Assembly: GCA_951406725.2 (NCBI GenBank)
Contig: OX597819.1
Coordinates: 48,050,001-48,114,000, forward strand
DNA length: 64,000 nt
Source of the DNA: Octopus vulgaris
Lineage: Eukaryota
Direction of reading: 5' to 3'
In this document: piece after piece, positions 27,791 to 41,214 of the stretch
How positions within the stretch are numbered: position 1 is the stretch's first letter
How the letters are laid out: every line of letters begins with the position of its first letter
The notes under the pieces: model-generated
Databases searched by the model: none
What the model was told of the DNA's origin: nothing
The model's input: the letters and a program-made list of their open reading frames with translations, nothing else
Made by a program: the position numbers and the translations under genes

Positions 27791-29006
27791 CTGGGGTCTT
27801 GTAGCAATGAAGGAAATATCCTCATCATACTATTTCAGTAGTTCTTGTTTCATAGACATATCATTAACCCTTCTCTGACCAAGGAAACCAGAAGCTGCAA
27901 CATATTTCTCTGTGTCACCTATTCAGACCAAAGCAGCAATTTCCTCCTAATAATTATATATTGACTCTACTATTGATAACAAGAAAGAATGTATGCGACT
28001 GAGGAGAGAAATACATGAAATAAAATCCGAACTAACTGAAGTGTTGTGAACGCTTACTTAGTTTTACAGCAGAGACTTACTGATCTCTACCAAGGAAAGG
28101 GAATTGTATGGCAATTATATTCACTGCAAGCAAGTTAGCAAATAACAGATTTGATCTTTTCACTATAATTCCTGTCAAAAACATTTCTAGGTTTCATATG
28201 TATAATTGTATATGTACGCTTTAGGATTAAGAAGTAGGGGGAAAAAAACAAGTTGCTCAGAAAATTTGTATTTACTTAGAACCAACGTTTTCAAGTCTAG
28301 GTTTCCAGCTTATTGCCAACACAAAATTAACATCTCTTAGAACATGTGAATAAAAGTAATAATTCATTCACGCCATCAACAATATCAAAATATGTAAGTT
28401 GGCGTCTTTTCACATTCTTTTATGTTTAAATATAGATTCAAACTTAGCACTGATTTATTCAATAGCAAACTATAATATAAAGTGATTACAAAATTGTCAT
28501 AACAACATTTGGTTTATGGGTCGATTGTAGGGTATTTATGCTTTCAAGTTGGCAGTCTTAGAATTTCATTTCATGAAATCAGAATAGCATTTTTAATTTA
28601 ATCAAGGTTTTGGAAACAATTGTGCTTTATGCATAGCAGTTTTATGTATGTGCATGAGTATATGCACATTGTCTATTGTGTTCTGTTTTAAATTGTTGTT
28701 CAGATTTTATATGTGCAGTATTAACCAGATTTTAAATTGATCACAGACTATGAAAATCATTCAGAAACTTTATATTCATTTATTAGGAAATTATTAAAAT
28801 AAAAAAAGTAAATGTTTATGAAATTTTTTTTTTTATTAAATATCCTATATTTACTTGTTCTCAAACGAAAATACATAAATTTAAGGAGAAAAAAAGCATT
28901 AAACAAAAAAATATTTGCTATGATATTTTTCATGTATTGATTTTTCTGTTATTTTGTGAAAAATGTTCAATTTGAATTGATAATAAAATTCTGTTGTTGT
29001 TGTTGC

Positions 29007-29007
<1 letters not shown>

Positions 29008-29078
<71 letters not shown>

Positions 29079-29090
29079 CATTATTATTAT
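29008..29090. repeat. (TTA)n microsatellite
   Basis: Directly visible. Confidence 0.97.
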
Positions 29091-29603
29091 GTACTATTTT
29101 TGCTTTAAGTTATTGTTAAAAATAGGTTTTGATAGTTCCGTTAGTTTTATTTGAAAGGATAGTTATTCACATTCTGTATGGGTTTTAGACTATTAATATA
29201 TTTTTAATCAATTTATGAAATGTCTCCTTCAACAGAAGCGAAACAATATTTAAACACTGAACAAAAAGTACTCATGAAAAATGAATGAGCTTACACAGTA
29301 AGTTCATTGAACGGAGATTCTTAAGTATGCACAAAGCTGCAGAACCCCAGTGGGTGTGGAATTTTAAATAATAATTATACAGTATACTGCTTTGTTTCTT
29401 TTCTCTGTTAAATCTTTCAAGTTCACATCTGCTCTTGATACATTTTGTATGTAGGTAACTGCTACATTCCTATTCAAAATTCCAAAAATCTTGTCAATAA
29501 TTCAAATTAGAGCAAAATATGAAGGGAAACAATTTGAACATAAAGATGTAGGCTTTCATATTTCTAACCTAAGACTTTTTTTTTGATTACTGGACATAAC
29601 TAC

Positions 29604-29975
29604 AGGCATGGGTGTGTAGTGAAGAGGTTTGCTTTAAAACCCACATAGTTTTAGGTTTAGCCTCACTACACAACACCTTGGGCAACTGTCCTTTACTACA
29701 GCCCTAAGATGACCGACGCCTTGTGAGTGAATTTGATTGACAAAAACTGCAAAACTATGCTGTGTATGTATGTGTCCATCCCTCAATACTATTTTGTTAA
29801 ATGGCGTTTGTTCATATTCATTTATCTTATGCTTTTGGCAAAAATAAAACCAGCAAAAAAAAACAGTCTGCTAGAATGAGTACCAGTTAATTTGATTGAC
29901 TAAACCTTCCAAGGCCCAACACTTGCCCAAGGCGACCCATCATTGTTGAGGTCCACTGACTGAAACCAGTAAAAC
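29604..29975 (+). mobile_element. Old SINE A copy
   Basis: caccttgggcaac...gccttgtgagtgaattt...gactgaaaccagtaaaa. Confidence 0.75.
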
Positions 29976-30039
29976 AGTTTAGGGATTTGTTTATTTATTT
30001 TTCTGTAAAAGAAAATGGTATTAGTTGGGTGGTTTGAAC

Positions 30040-30096
<57 letters not shown>

Positions 30097-32279
30097 CTGG
30101 TATTTAATAAATTAGAAAGGTAAAATGGTGGGAGAAAGAAAAAGACAACCTTACATGACTTTAAATTAGAAAGGTGCATTACACAATTAGATAGTCTAAT
30201 AAAGCTCTACCTGAAGTGTGTATCACAGTGACCTAGAATGCCTCAGCTTGAACCATCAGCTTCTGATGGAATCTTAAAGGTGTCATCATGATTTATGCTT
30301 GCCCATTTTAAAACTTGATGGAATCCATCTTTCTCAAGGTTTGACCGTGGCTAGAGAGAAAGAGAGCTCATTACTAGACTGGACTGGTATTTATCTGTTG
30401 GTTCCAAAAGGATGAAAGTGAAGTTGATGTTGGCAGAATTTAATTCCTAGAGTGCTAGCAGACAGAACATATGCTACAAGGAATTCTTTCTGACTTTTAA
30501 ACAAAGACATTTTTCTTTTTCGTGAGAAAACTAACTTTTAATGATATTTGACATTATTAGCACTAATTTGAGACAGAAAGAACTATGAGCTCGCTAACAG
30601 CATTTCAACTATGTATGGATTGCTTACTAAGCAACCACATTGCTGATTACACTATAGTACCCAGCCAGTGATATAGCTCAGAATCCTTTTATAGTTCTTC
30701 GCCATCTCAAACAGGTGCATATGCATTCTATAGACTCTAATCTCATTAAAGTTTCTCTTCATTTAGAAATGATTTATTAAGCTTAGAAAATGACTTCTGA
30801 TTTTCAAGAAACAATGAAGCTGTGGTATGAACGGAAATGAAGTTGTTTTTATTTCAGTAGGTTTGAAGGGAGTTAGTCTATGGGTAGAAATAATTAACCA
30901 GGCTTGGAAAAAGGCACAGAAAGACTAAAATTACCATTTGGTAATATGAAGTCAATATATATACATTGTATATGAACATTTTCTTTTCTCACTTGAAAGA
31001 TGAATTATACCTTTAGTTAGAAAGAATGGTTATAGCTTATATATTGCAGACACAGTTTATATGAAGCAGTCTAAGTATTGTAGCTTTATGGAGTTCATAA
31101 CTAACAATAAAAATCTTCATTTGGATATGTTGATAACTTCAATTTTCAGTTGGTATAGGAAGATATCTAAATCTTTTTAGACCAGCTGAATTTGCTGCAT
31201 AATTTCCACCAATGGAAAGGAAAATGATTGCCAACTACTGTGTCTTTTGATTTACAAATTCAATGTGCAGGAACAAGTGTCAAAATAGTTATCTTTAGTT
31301 ATATTATTATTGGTTTGAACAATGTCATAATCAAATAGATACAGTTATCAGATAATCCATTTAAATTATTAATGTGTACAACAAACAAAATGAAGTCAAC
31401 TAAAGAACAAATTCCCAAGACATAAATATCCACTACGTTTTCTGGAACAAGTCAAACATGGCAAATGATTGTGGCAAATGATCATAGCTTTTTGCGAGTA
31501 TTTGGCTGAGAATCTCTAGACAATATATGCCCAATACAGTATTTTACACTTCATACTATTCATACCAGACTAGAACCTATCCAAGTAGTGGGAAAGATGA
31601 AAAAGTGTGTGTGTGTGTGTGTAAATATATGTGTGTATTAGTGTGTTTTACATTTGTAGCAGATATTACAGATAGCTAAAATAGAATAGAACCTCAGAAA
31701 TGAAATTAAAATCATCTTAATATGTAATTGAATTGACAGAATTGAAATCCTTAATTGGGAAAGAAATGAGGAAATTAGGAGTAGTAGGCAGTGCCTGGAG
31801 CAAAAGGGGAAACCATAATATACCACTATAGAATTTTGGTATCTATTTTGGGTTAAATGGCTATAATAGAATCTTTTAGAATCACATATGCAATCATGTA
31901 TACAAGCATGCAGGCTTTAGTCTTGCATGGCTTCCTTCACTGGAATAAGTTAAAATAATTGAAATTCCATAAAGACTGTCAGCTCAATTTTTAGCTGTAC
32001 AAAACAAATACATGCAAGTATATTGACTTATTGGTTTCTGTGTGCAGAAACAGGTGTCAAAGACAGTTGTGAATTTGTTGATAGGGAAAATGTAATATAG
32101 ATAAAACCACAGAATATTAGGTTAAAAGCCTGAACCACTCAATGAATGTTTTATGTCTTAGATAATTGAGTGTGTGAATAACTTTTTTTTTTTTAAACAT
32201 TGATTCAGTTTGTATGCTTGCAGCCATTAATGGAGTGCCTACATTTCTTTCTAACATATAATATTGCTATTCCTTTCAG

Positions 32280-32436
32280 GAGCATCATTTGCAACGAGCT
32301 CTTTCTGCCCAACAAGTCTACGGGACTGCAGAAGCGTTGGTCATCCCTATTCCAGAAGTGGTACAAGTATCAGAAAAATATGAAACCTATTACAAAGAGG
32401 ACTTCAAAACAACCAAACAGTATATTCATGTTCAAG
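32280..32436 (+). CDS. EPC1: Enhancer of polycomb homolog, internal exon (probably coding exon 2): EHHLQRALSAQQVYGTAEALVIPIPEVVQVSEKYETYYKEDFKTTKQYIHVQ
   Basis: Acceptor tcctttcag, donor G|gtaagc; 157 nt, phase 0/1. Matches the EPC N-terminal motif EHHLQRAISAQQVYG...VIPVPE. Confidence 0.96.
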
Positions 32437-32714
32437 GTAAGCAGCAAAGAAATAGATTAAAAAAAAATATATATATGTAATAGATTAAAGCAATAGTAGT
32501 CAGAGAAGAGGAATTATCTGTAACCTCTTCAGGCTCTTCATTGAAAATTATATTAAGAGGCGTAGTTAAATGAAAAGTAAAAAGTAATAAATTATGTATT
32601 TAAAAAAATATCTGCTGCTGCTATTGTTGTTGTTTCCTTTTTACTGTTATTAATTTGTTGGTCAATGCCCTTCCTCAAACTACAATTACTTGTCTACCAG
32701 ATTCACTGAAATAA

Positions 32715-32852
32715 TTCTTTGATGCTTAACTTCAGGTCATCCTTGATCAAAGTAGATTATCTAATGTGTCTTTGTTTTTTTTTAATGATTACAGTGTTAT
32801 ACGAGGGATATATAACTGCTATTTCTCAAAGGCCAAGCACCTCATAGAGGTC
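32715..32852 (-). mobile_element. Family C copy (internally deleted)
   Basis: caggtcatccttgatcaaag...attatctaatgtgtc...gagggatatataactgctatttctc...catagagg. Confidence 0.65.
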
Positions 32853-33477
32853 AAATTGAGGAATAATGTATCATACATTCATGTATAACAGTAATCCAAT
32901 GCTTTAACCAATTCCTAACAATGTATTGAAAATAGTAATGTAATTATGTCATCCACATATAACAATATGTATATTTATTGCCACATTAACGAGATCATTG
33001 AAAGCAGGAGGCTGTCAAGCAACAAGTAAATAGTGAATGATAGTATGACAAAGTAAAATGAAAGTTAGTAGAAGGATGAGGTACTTATCGTACTGCTTGT
33101 TGTGACAAACAGGGAAAGAGTGCTTGAGAGAAAATTCAAATGAGAGTTGGTTGGTAAAGTGTTGTTAAGCAGGACAAGAAATAAGAGCAATCTTAATATA
33201 CTGATAAATAGCAATGGAAAACAAGTAAATTTTTATGGAACTCTTAAATTTTATTATGAATATTCTGATAAAAGAACTTCTGGAATAATGATAATTACAT
33301 GTAAACCATTCTATCTTTTATAAATATAGTAACCATTTTTAATTAGATTTTTTTATAATTTGGCATTAAAACCAATCAATGGCTTAGTATAAAATGTTCT
33401 AAACAGAACTATCACTTTGATGGCACAGATATCTATGTGCTTATATATTGTTGTGCCTCATCAGTTTACCACATTTT

Positions 33478-33805
33478 ATCTTTTATTTGTTCCTGTCATT
33501 GGACTGTGACCATGCTGGGGCACTACTTAGTCAAACAGATTGACCCTAATACTTATTTTTTTAAAGTCTGGTACTTCTATCAACTTCTTTGTTGAACTAC
33601 TATGTAATGAGGGCACATGCACGCACACACACACACTTTCACAAAGTTTCTGTCTACCAAATTCATTTACAAAGACTCTGGTCAGCTCAGAGTTATTGGT
33701 GCTACAATGGTAAGCACTTGCTCTAGTTGCCATGCAGTGGGACTGAACCTGAAGCCACATGGTTGCAAAGCAAGCTTCTTAATCACCCAGCCATGCTTGT
33801 GCATA
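33478..33805 (-). mobile_element. SINE A copy
   Basis: Reverse tail gtcattggactgtgaccatgctgg and reverse head gtgggactgaacctgaagccacatggttg. Confidence 0.8.
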
Positions 33806-34831
33806 CATTTAGAAATTGTTGGTAATATTTTATTATTAAATACAAAGTGCAAAGTCTTTAAGTAAGAAATTTGTCAATAGCCTCACCCATTGTTTTAAGT
33901 AGATGCACCATTTTCTATAATTAATTGAATTGTTAGTCACTTTTGATGAAATAAATACACTAGTTTGTAAGTTCATAATAAACAAGAATGCTGGAAAATG
34001 TAGTCACACAAGCAAATCCATAAACTTGTGGCATTCTAATTCTATCTCCTTTGCGGTTATTCATTCATTTGACATGTTTCTTCATGCTAGCATGGGTTGG
34101 GCAGATATATACAAAGACATTGTTTTACAGCTCTTCCTGTCACTAACAATCAGTTTTTCAAGTAATGGCATTTCCTTTTTTTTTTATTTCATTTATTATT
34201 GAAAACACTGAGCTACAGGAAAATTTGTCAGCAGAGGATGCCAACAAGCATCACCGTTTTTCCTTTAATTTTATTTTCGCACAACACAGTTTAAAGATAC
34301 ACGCATGCACATACGCCAGGCTGCCATACAATTTACATCTATGAATTTCACTCACAGGGCATTGGTTGGCCTAATGCCACAGAAGACACTTCCCTGAAGT
34401 GCCACACAATGGGATAGAACTCAAGACCATTTGGTAGCAAGGCAAATTTGTATCCTTGCAGTTATGCATGCAAGTACAGTTATGCCTGTTATGGCTATGG
34501 AAACTTATCAGTAACTGGTGTAGTGTATTATTGAAATCTGTTCTATAATTAAAACTTGAAGAAGCAATTAAGCATTGTTTCAAGAAAAAAAATATTGTTA
34601 AATTAAGCTTAATTCTTGTCCTGTAAAGTAGAAGATATTTATTGAGATATTTAATTTAATTAATTGAAAGTTCGTTTAAACAGGAAAGAGGAAGAAAAGG
34701 AAAAAAGATAGAGAGAATTTTTGAAGAATGTAATATATTTATGCGTTATAATATATATGATAGCTGAGTATACAAAGTGTTGGATTTCGTTTTTATAGGT
34801 CATGATTTTGAATATTATAATCATTGTGTTG

Positions 34832-35470
34832 TGTTGTTGCTATTGTTTAACCCCAGGTCAGTCCTGATTGAGCAGACCTTATGATCAAAGTAGAATGATA
34901 ACTTTCTAATGTGTCCTTTCGACTTCAAGAATATTATTATTATTATTTTACTTGTTTCAGTCATTTGACTGTGGCCATGCTGGAGCACCATCTTTAGTAG
35001 TTGAACAAATTGACCATAGGGCTTATTCTTTGTAAGCCTAGTACTTATTCTATCGGTCTCTTTTGATGAACTGCTAGGTTACAGAGATGTAAACACACCA
35101 ACATCAGTTGTCAAGCAATGGTGGGAGAACAAACACAGACACACACACGTTTTATAATATATACGATAACTGAGGTCATGATTTCAAATATATTCATTGT
35201 ATTATGTTGTGTTGTTGCTATTGTTTAACCCCAGGTTAAACAATACATATACGATAAGCTTCTTTCAGTTTCCATCTACCAAATCCACTCACAAGACTTT
35301 GGTCGGCCCAAGGCTATAGTAGAAAACACTTACCCAAAGTCCCACACAGTGGCACTGAACCCGGAACTATGTGGTTGGGAAGCATGCTTCTTAGCACACC
35401 GCCACTCCTGCACTTATAAATATTAGGGTATGATTTGAGTAAGATTTGACTGCTATTTCTAGCAGAGCTT
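34832..35470 (-). mobile_element. Family C copy split by a SINE A insertion (34945-35413)
   Basis: Tail half ttgtttaaccccaggtcagtcctgattgagcagacc at 34843-34890; head half gatttgagtaagatttgactgctatttctagcag at 35432-35465; SINE A in between. Confidence 0.85.
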
Positions 35471-35565
35471 GAGAATCAGAATTGGAAACAATTATTGAGC
35501 TGCTGGAATCAGGGTCAGAGCTGGTAGCACTGTATCATATCCAACTAAATGTAAATTGCAATATA

Positions 35566-36132
35566 CACTACCGTCAGAAATTAATTAGCACCCTTGATTT
35601 GCTCACCATGAAGCATGGTGGAAGTGGTCTGATGGTGTGAGGGGCGTTCAGCTACAGCGGTGTTGGGCGGCTCTATGCCGTCGAAGGCAACATCAACGCA
35701 GCAAAGTACGTTGAGATAGTACGGGATACCTCTTTGGTGGCAAGGAGTACGTGCTGGCCAGTCACCTGACCTGAACCCTATTGAGAACCTCTGGAGTCGA
35801 TTGGGTAGGGATTTGAATGTGCAGCAATACAGGAACCGACACGAGCTATTTGGGGCACTTCTTGCTGCATGAGGGGCCATCCCTGCACAGTACCTGCAGG
35901 CACTCATAGACAACATGCCGACCCGCGTAGCAGCTGTCATTGCTGCCAAAGGAGGTGCAACAAGATATTGACTAAATTTCACGATTAATAACAATTATGT
36001 GGTGTGCTGGGATATGTTTTAATAAATTTTTGATTAAAAACGAGTTCGTTTCTGATAATAAGTTAATTAAATTAAGAAAATGTAAGAAAATGTAGAAATT
36101 TGAGAAGTGCTAATTAATTTCCGACGCAAGTG
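35566..36132 (+). mobile_element. Internally deleted Tc1-family transposon (567 bp)
   Basis: TA TSDs; 26-bp TIRs (23/26 identical: cactaccgtcagaaattaattagcac). Relic transposase KHGGSGLMV*GAFSYSGVG...SPDLNPIENLW...MPTRVAAVIAAKGGATRY*. Confidence 0.95.
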
Positions 36133-36492
36133 TAGTGCACTTAAAATTTCCAATTTTACATACACACTCATGCACAATGGACTTCTTATGGTTTCCCTCT
36201 ACCAAATTTACTCAAAGGTATTAACACTTGCTCTAATCAGACCAATTTTAAGAGCTTCTATAAAGAGAGATCTCATAAAAGCAATTCTGTTTCTAAGTAC
36301 ATAATGTTATAAAATTTGGGTTTGGATTTTTGACTTAACTTTTACAGGTACAACATTTCTTTACAGAATTTTATAGGGATAGACTTTTCTGTAATTTACA
36401 ATTTCATTTCATTTGTTTTACATCCATTTCTCCATGTTGACCTGAATTTGAGGAATACTTATTATGGGGACATTATTTTACAGCCAGATAGG

Positions 36493-36690
36493 ACTGTGAG
36501 CTTGCAGAATCATTAGCAGGCCAGGTGAAATGCTTACTGGTATTTCGTCTGCTGCTACATTCTGAGTTCAAATTTGCCTTTCATCCTTTTGGGGTCGATA
36601 AATTAAGTAGCAGTTGAACACTTGGGTTGATGTAATTGACTCATCACCTCCCCCAAAATGGCTACCCTTGTGGCAAAATTTGAAACCATT
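36493..36690 (+). mobile_element. SINE B copy inserted in an RTE-like tail remnant
   Basis: Head, core and tail as in the 26513 cluster; flanked by ttttacagccagata / ttccacaaccagata (TSD-like). Confidence 0.8.
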
Positions 36691-38745
36691 ATTCCACAAC
36701 CAGATACCCTTCCTAGTTCTGACCCTTACCTGTTTGTCAAGTTTGAGAACTCAGAGCAACAGTGTAATTTGTTAATGGGAAATGTCAGCTGACATCACTG
36801 TTTTGCTCAAACAATTTTCTGCAAATTTATAGAAATTCAGCATTTACACACAAATGTGTATGTAACTATTTATATATACTTTTCTTGTCTTGTGTGTCTC
36901 ATCTTCACTGTTTGTCTATTCCCACCAATAAATACTTATCTATATTTCCCTAGTCCTTCTTTGTCTCATTCTTTCTGGATCAATCCTTAACAACCATATT
37001 ATATTTATAGTTGTCATGCAGCTAGCAATATGCAGTACTGTCCTAAGCACAGAAATTGCAATTTTTTTTCTCTGTTTGTCGTTATTTTCTCATTTCATGT
37101 CAATATTTGTCTCTTCCCCCTCTCTTTCTTTCTCCCCCCTCTCTCTCTCATACACACACACTGGGCTTCAATACAGTTTCCATCTACCAATTCTACTCAC
37201 AAGACATTAGTTACCCCTAAGTACCATGCATGCAGATAGAACTCAAAACCATATGGTTACAATGTGAACTATGTATCCACACAACCATGTCTAGAGGAGT
37301 ATTTAACACCAACGCAACTAAAATATCTTCAGAAGTTTCTGTGCCTATTTACTTTGCTCATATTTATTAGATATTAAAATCCATATGTTTCTATAGTTAT
37401 TTGAAAAACATCAAGCAGTACATGTGTCAGTGATTCAGAAGTGGTTTAATTTCACATCAATATTTGCTCAAAATAACTCTGAATTATCTCTTATGAATCA
37501 TTTCAAATATTTCTATTTAGGCTGAATTTAAGCAAGAATTCCCAGAAGTTTATTAATCTAATATAGATTACTGACATTGACACAAGACTAAGCATTTTGT
37601 CGAGGTCAGCTTTGCCTTCTGGGGTCATTAATCAAGTAGTAATCTAAGGCAATAAACAAGTAGACTCATTAAAGAATAGAGCAGGATGTCTTGTGGTATT
37701 TATCCTGGCTCTTTGCATTCTGAAGTTTACATCCTGCCTTGGCCTACTTAAGTGGAAGATGTATTTCGCAAACCAATTTAATAATCCCTTCTAGTTGGTT
37801 GCAAACGTTTGGGCTACGGTTTTGATTTTAGGATATCTTCTCCCCTTACACAAGTCTCAGAGGTTCTGCAAAGGGTCATAGATACTATTTTACCTACTGT
37901 CTAAGATATTAAAAAAACAAACAAACTAGGGAACAGATTATAGTGAAGCAGATTAAAGGCAAAGTTATAGGTAGTGTAAATAATAACTAGATAATGAGCA
38001 AAGATAAGATAAAACAAAAGGGACAAGTTTTAACAAAGGTTGTAAGTTTAATGCTTAAAAGGAAGGGAGAGAGTATTGACCTTTCAGATGTTAGTCCTTC
38101 ATCAGAAAAGAAAAAAAAAAATGATTGAGGAAAATAGAGGAAAAGAAAAGGTGGTGAGAAAGAAAGAGAGAGAACAAAATGTTTAGGGGTAAGGTAAGAA
38201 TGTGGTTCTATGGAGTGCAGTTAGGTAGAGAGGTTCTATGGAGTGCAGTTAGGTAGTGCAGTTAGGTAGAGAGGTGTGTGCATGTATAGGAGGTATTCAT
38301 GTATACAAATGGGCATAGCAGAAGCTTCGTTGGGAGTAAAAATAAGGGAGCAAAGAAGAGTTTGAGGATTAAAAATTCTTCAGAGATTTTAAAGGATAAC
38401 TATCTATTAACTCTCTTGTTTTGGTTATGTAGGTGTTTTTATCTCTTTTGAAATTTTAAAGAAATCAGTTCAAACATTTCCAACGGATCAATCATTGTTA
38501 GTTCTTTTTACTGTGCAGCATCAAAACAACAGTCGGCAGATTCTTCAAAAAACAAGATATTTTATTTGCTGGCACTTATCAACATCGAAAACCATTTGTT
38601 TGAGTGGATTTAGGATTCAAATGAATTTAAATAATCTAAAACATTGTTATGGAGTTGCTTACGTGCAATATTTTCATTTGTTAATTACAAAGTAAAAGTA
38701 GAGGAAATTGCATTATACTTTGATTGTTGTTGTTGTTCATAATTA

Positions 38746-38946
38746 GTTGCTGTTTAATCCCAGGCTATCCTGGCTGAGTGAACCTATGACTAAAGGCATT
38801 CCAGCCATGACCATTTGTTCTTTTTTTTTCTATGACTACATTACTTAGTATGTCCTGCCTTGCATAAGAGAGTAAGATGTTATCTGAGGGATATTTGACT
38901 GTTGTTTGTAGCAGGTAGAGCAACATGAGGTTCCCTTGTTGTCTTG
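38746..38946 (-). mobile_element. Family C copy
   Basis: tgtttaatcccagg...acctatgactaaaggcattccagccatgaccat...gagggatatttgactgttgtttgtagcaggtagagcaacatgaggttcccttgttg. Confidence 0.85.
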
Positions 38947-39749
38947 GTTCATAATTAGCTGGATTGAGATCAAAACATATTTCTGTATTTGTCCCCCTTT
39001 CCAGAAAACATCTTAATAATATTTATTAACAAATAACGAATGAGGGATACAATGAAATGAATCTTATTGGGTAAGGTTACTGTATCCCAGGCTTTTCAGC
39101 TTCGGTTTGTATATCCACTGCAGTATTCATTTGTGCAGTGTTCCTCAACAAGAAACAACTCTTATTTCTGTATGCTTATTTTCCTGTCTAATTGAGAAAG
39201 CATTCACTTAGAATAAGGTAATTTTTATTTCATGTAATATGATCTTGTATGTTATATTTATTCCAATTTTATATTCAAACGATGCTTTAATCTTGAAAAG
39301 GAAATATTATGTATCTAATTGAATTTTTCTCTTTGCTTTTTAACGGTAATTTCTAAGTTGTTGTAGGTGTTTAGTCAGTCTTTTGGTTTTAGCTTTGATG
39401 TAATTTAGATATAGAAACTGGTAAGCAAAGAGGTTTCTGATTTATTTTATAGTATTTTCATACTTTAGTTTATAGTATTTTTATAGTTCTGTTTATATCA
39501 TTTTACTTTCTAGCCTTGTGATAAAGACAGCAATTTTAAAGAAAAATTTTATTTTTAATTTTGTCTTAGGTTTAATTGTTTGTGTATAACTTCTTTCTCC
39601 AATAGATATAAAAATATCACAACAGTATTGCTATAGCCTTTAAAACCCAAACTTTGTGTAAACCTGATTACTTATATAGGCTTTGTATGTTGTGTGAAGA
39701 AATATATGATTAGCCTTAATACAAACAGTGGAGGCTATATCAGTAGTTT

Positions 39750-40110
39750 TGTGTGCTTAAGAAGTTTGCTTCCCAACCACATGGTTTCAGGTTCAGCCCT
39801 TCTGCATGTCACCTTGAGCAGATATCTTCTACTATAGCCTCAGGCCAACTAAAACTTTGCAACTGAATTTGGTAGATAGAAACTGAAAAAAGCCTTGTGT
39901 GTGTGTGTGTGTTAGTGGTCTCCTTGTAAATGAATGTCACCATTATACAAGCAGTGTCATCTCCAATTGTCTGTGAAAACATGCCTAGCAATGGAGAAAT
40001 ATTAGCATGTTTGCAAACAGGAAGGGTATCTGGCCAGAGAAAGTCTGCCTCTACAAATTATGTCTGATTTGTGAGCATGGAAAAGGGGACATCAAAATAA
40101 TGATGATGAT
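39750..40110 (+). mobile_element. SINE A head with RTE-like tail (variant A2)
   Basis: SINE A head plus (GT)n, then aggaagggtatctggcc...gagcatggaaaaggggacatcaaaataatgatgatgat. Confidence 0.85.
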
Positions 40111-40164
40111 TCCACTGCCCCAATTTCCAGCAGTTCAGATAGCTTCTTAAACTCATTGCTATAT

Positions 40165-40378
40165 TTGTTATTGGATAGCAGGTCAACAATGATTAAGCAG
40201 ACCTATGATTACAGATGTTCCAGTCATGACCCCCCCCCTCCTATTTTTTCTTTTTTGTACATCTAGAGCAACATTGTCTTATGTGTCATATCTCCTTTAA
40301 GATAGTGAAGTGTAATTGAAGATAAGACTCAATTCAACTGCTATATCTAGGAGCTTGAGTGTAGAGGCTCACTCATGA
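40165..40378 (-). mobile_element. Family C copy
   Basis: gcagacctatgattacagatgttccagtcatgacc...actgctatatctagg...tgtagaggctcactcat. Confidence 0.75.
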
Positions 40379-41177
40379 GTGTAGGATAAGCTATAACTAT
40401 TTCACACAATGTGTTGGTTGTATCTGGTCGGGCGCCTCTTTTTGCCTCAGGAGAATAGGTAGAAACATTTCTATATGGAAACCAGTTTGAAAGACATGAA
40501 GCTTTCAAGCATTTCTGTTACGCACTCACAGCACATACAAAAATTTAATGGGTTTGCAAGGTGGTACATAAGTAAATATATCTACATGTACAATTTGTGT
40601 ATACTTGTGTCTACGTGTGTTTATGAATCTACAGTTGTATGTATGTAATTTCTTAAGTTATTTTTTTAAATATTTTTTCCTTTGTATCCCTTTTGTATCA
40701 GATTTTAGAATTTCTTTCTTTTATTCCTTTTTCACTGTATTGCTTCCATATTTTCTATGTTAGCTTGAATGGGATGGTTTATTTGCAAATTTAGATATTT
40801 TGTATATTGTTTTTACAATTGGCTGTTTTTACAATTGGCTGTCATTCACTCAACTACAAAGTAAAACTGGGTGTGGAGAAGAATAATAGGTGAAGGATTT
40901 GTTTATGTAAAACCAAATAGGTCTCTTAGAAAATAATCCTTATGTAAAGTTTTATTTCCTTTATTTATATCCTACTTCATGAACAATAGCATCATCAGCT
41001 ACAGGTTTCTAAAGTGCCAATCACAGGTTCATTGCATTGCTGATTGCAAGAATCTCGTGGGAATGTCCTTGTAGTGTTTGGCTTTTCACCGATGTTTATA
41101 TTCTTTGCTGATATACATAGGTAAAAGATATACACATATCTATATCTCTATCTGTCTATAATATGTGTGCGTTTGTT

Positions 41178-41209
<32 letters not shown>

Positions 41210-41214
<5 letters not shown>

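Noticed and set aside
35637-35872. Two conserved Trp codons read TGA in the Tc1 relic (possible rescue by A-to-I editing or a variant code)
   Set aside because: The element lacks its N-terminus and catalytic residues, and another Trp is TGG. Ordinary decay explains it.
35581-35994. 137-aa minus-strand ORF
   Set aside because: Antisense shadow of the Tc1 transposase relic.
38203-38275. Short tandem duplication of ggttctatggagtgcagttaggta
   Set aside because: Local slippage with no further structure.
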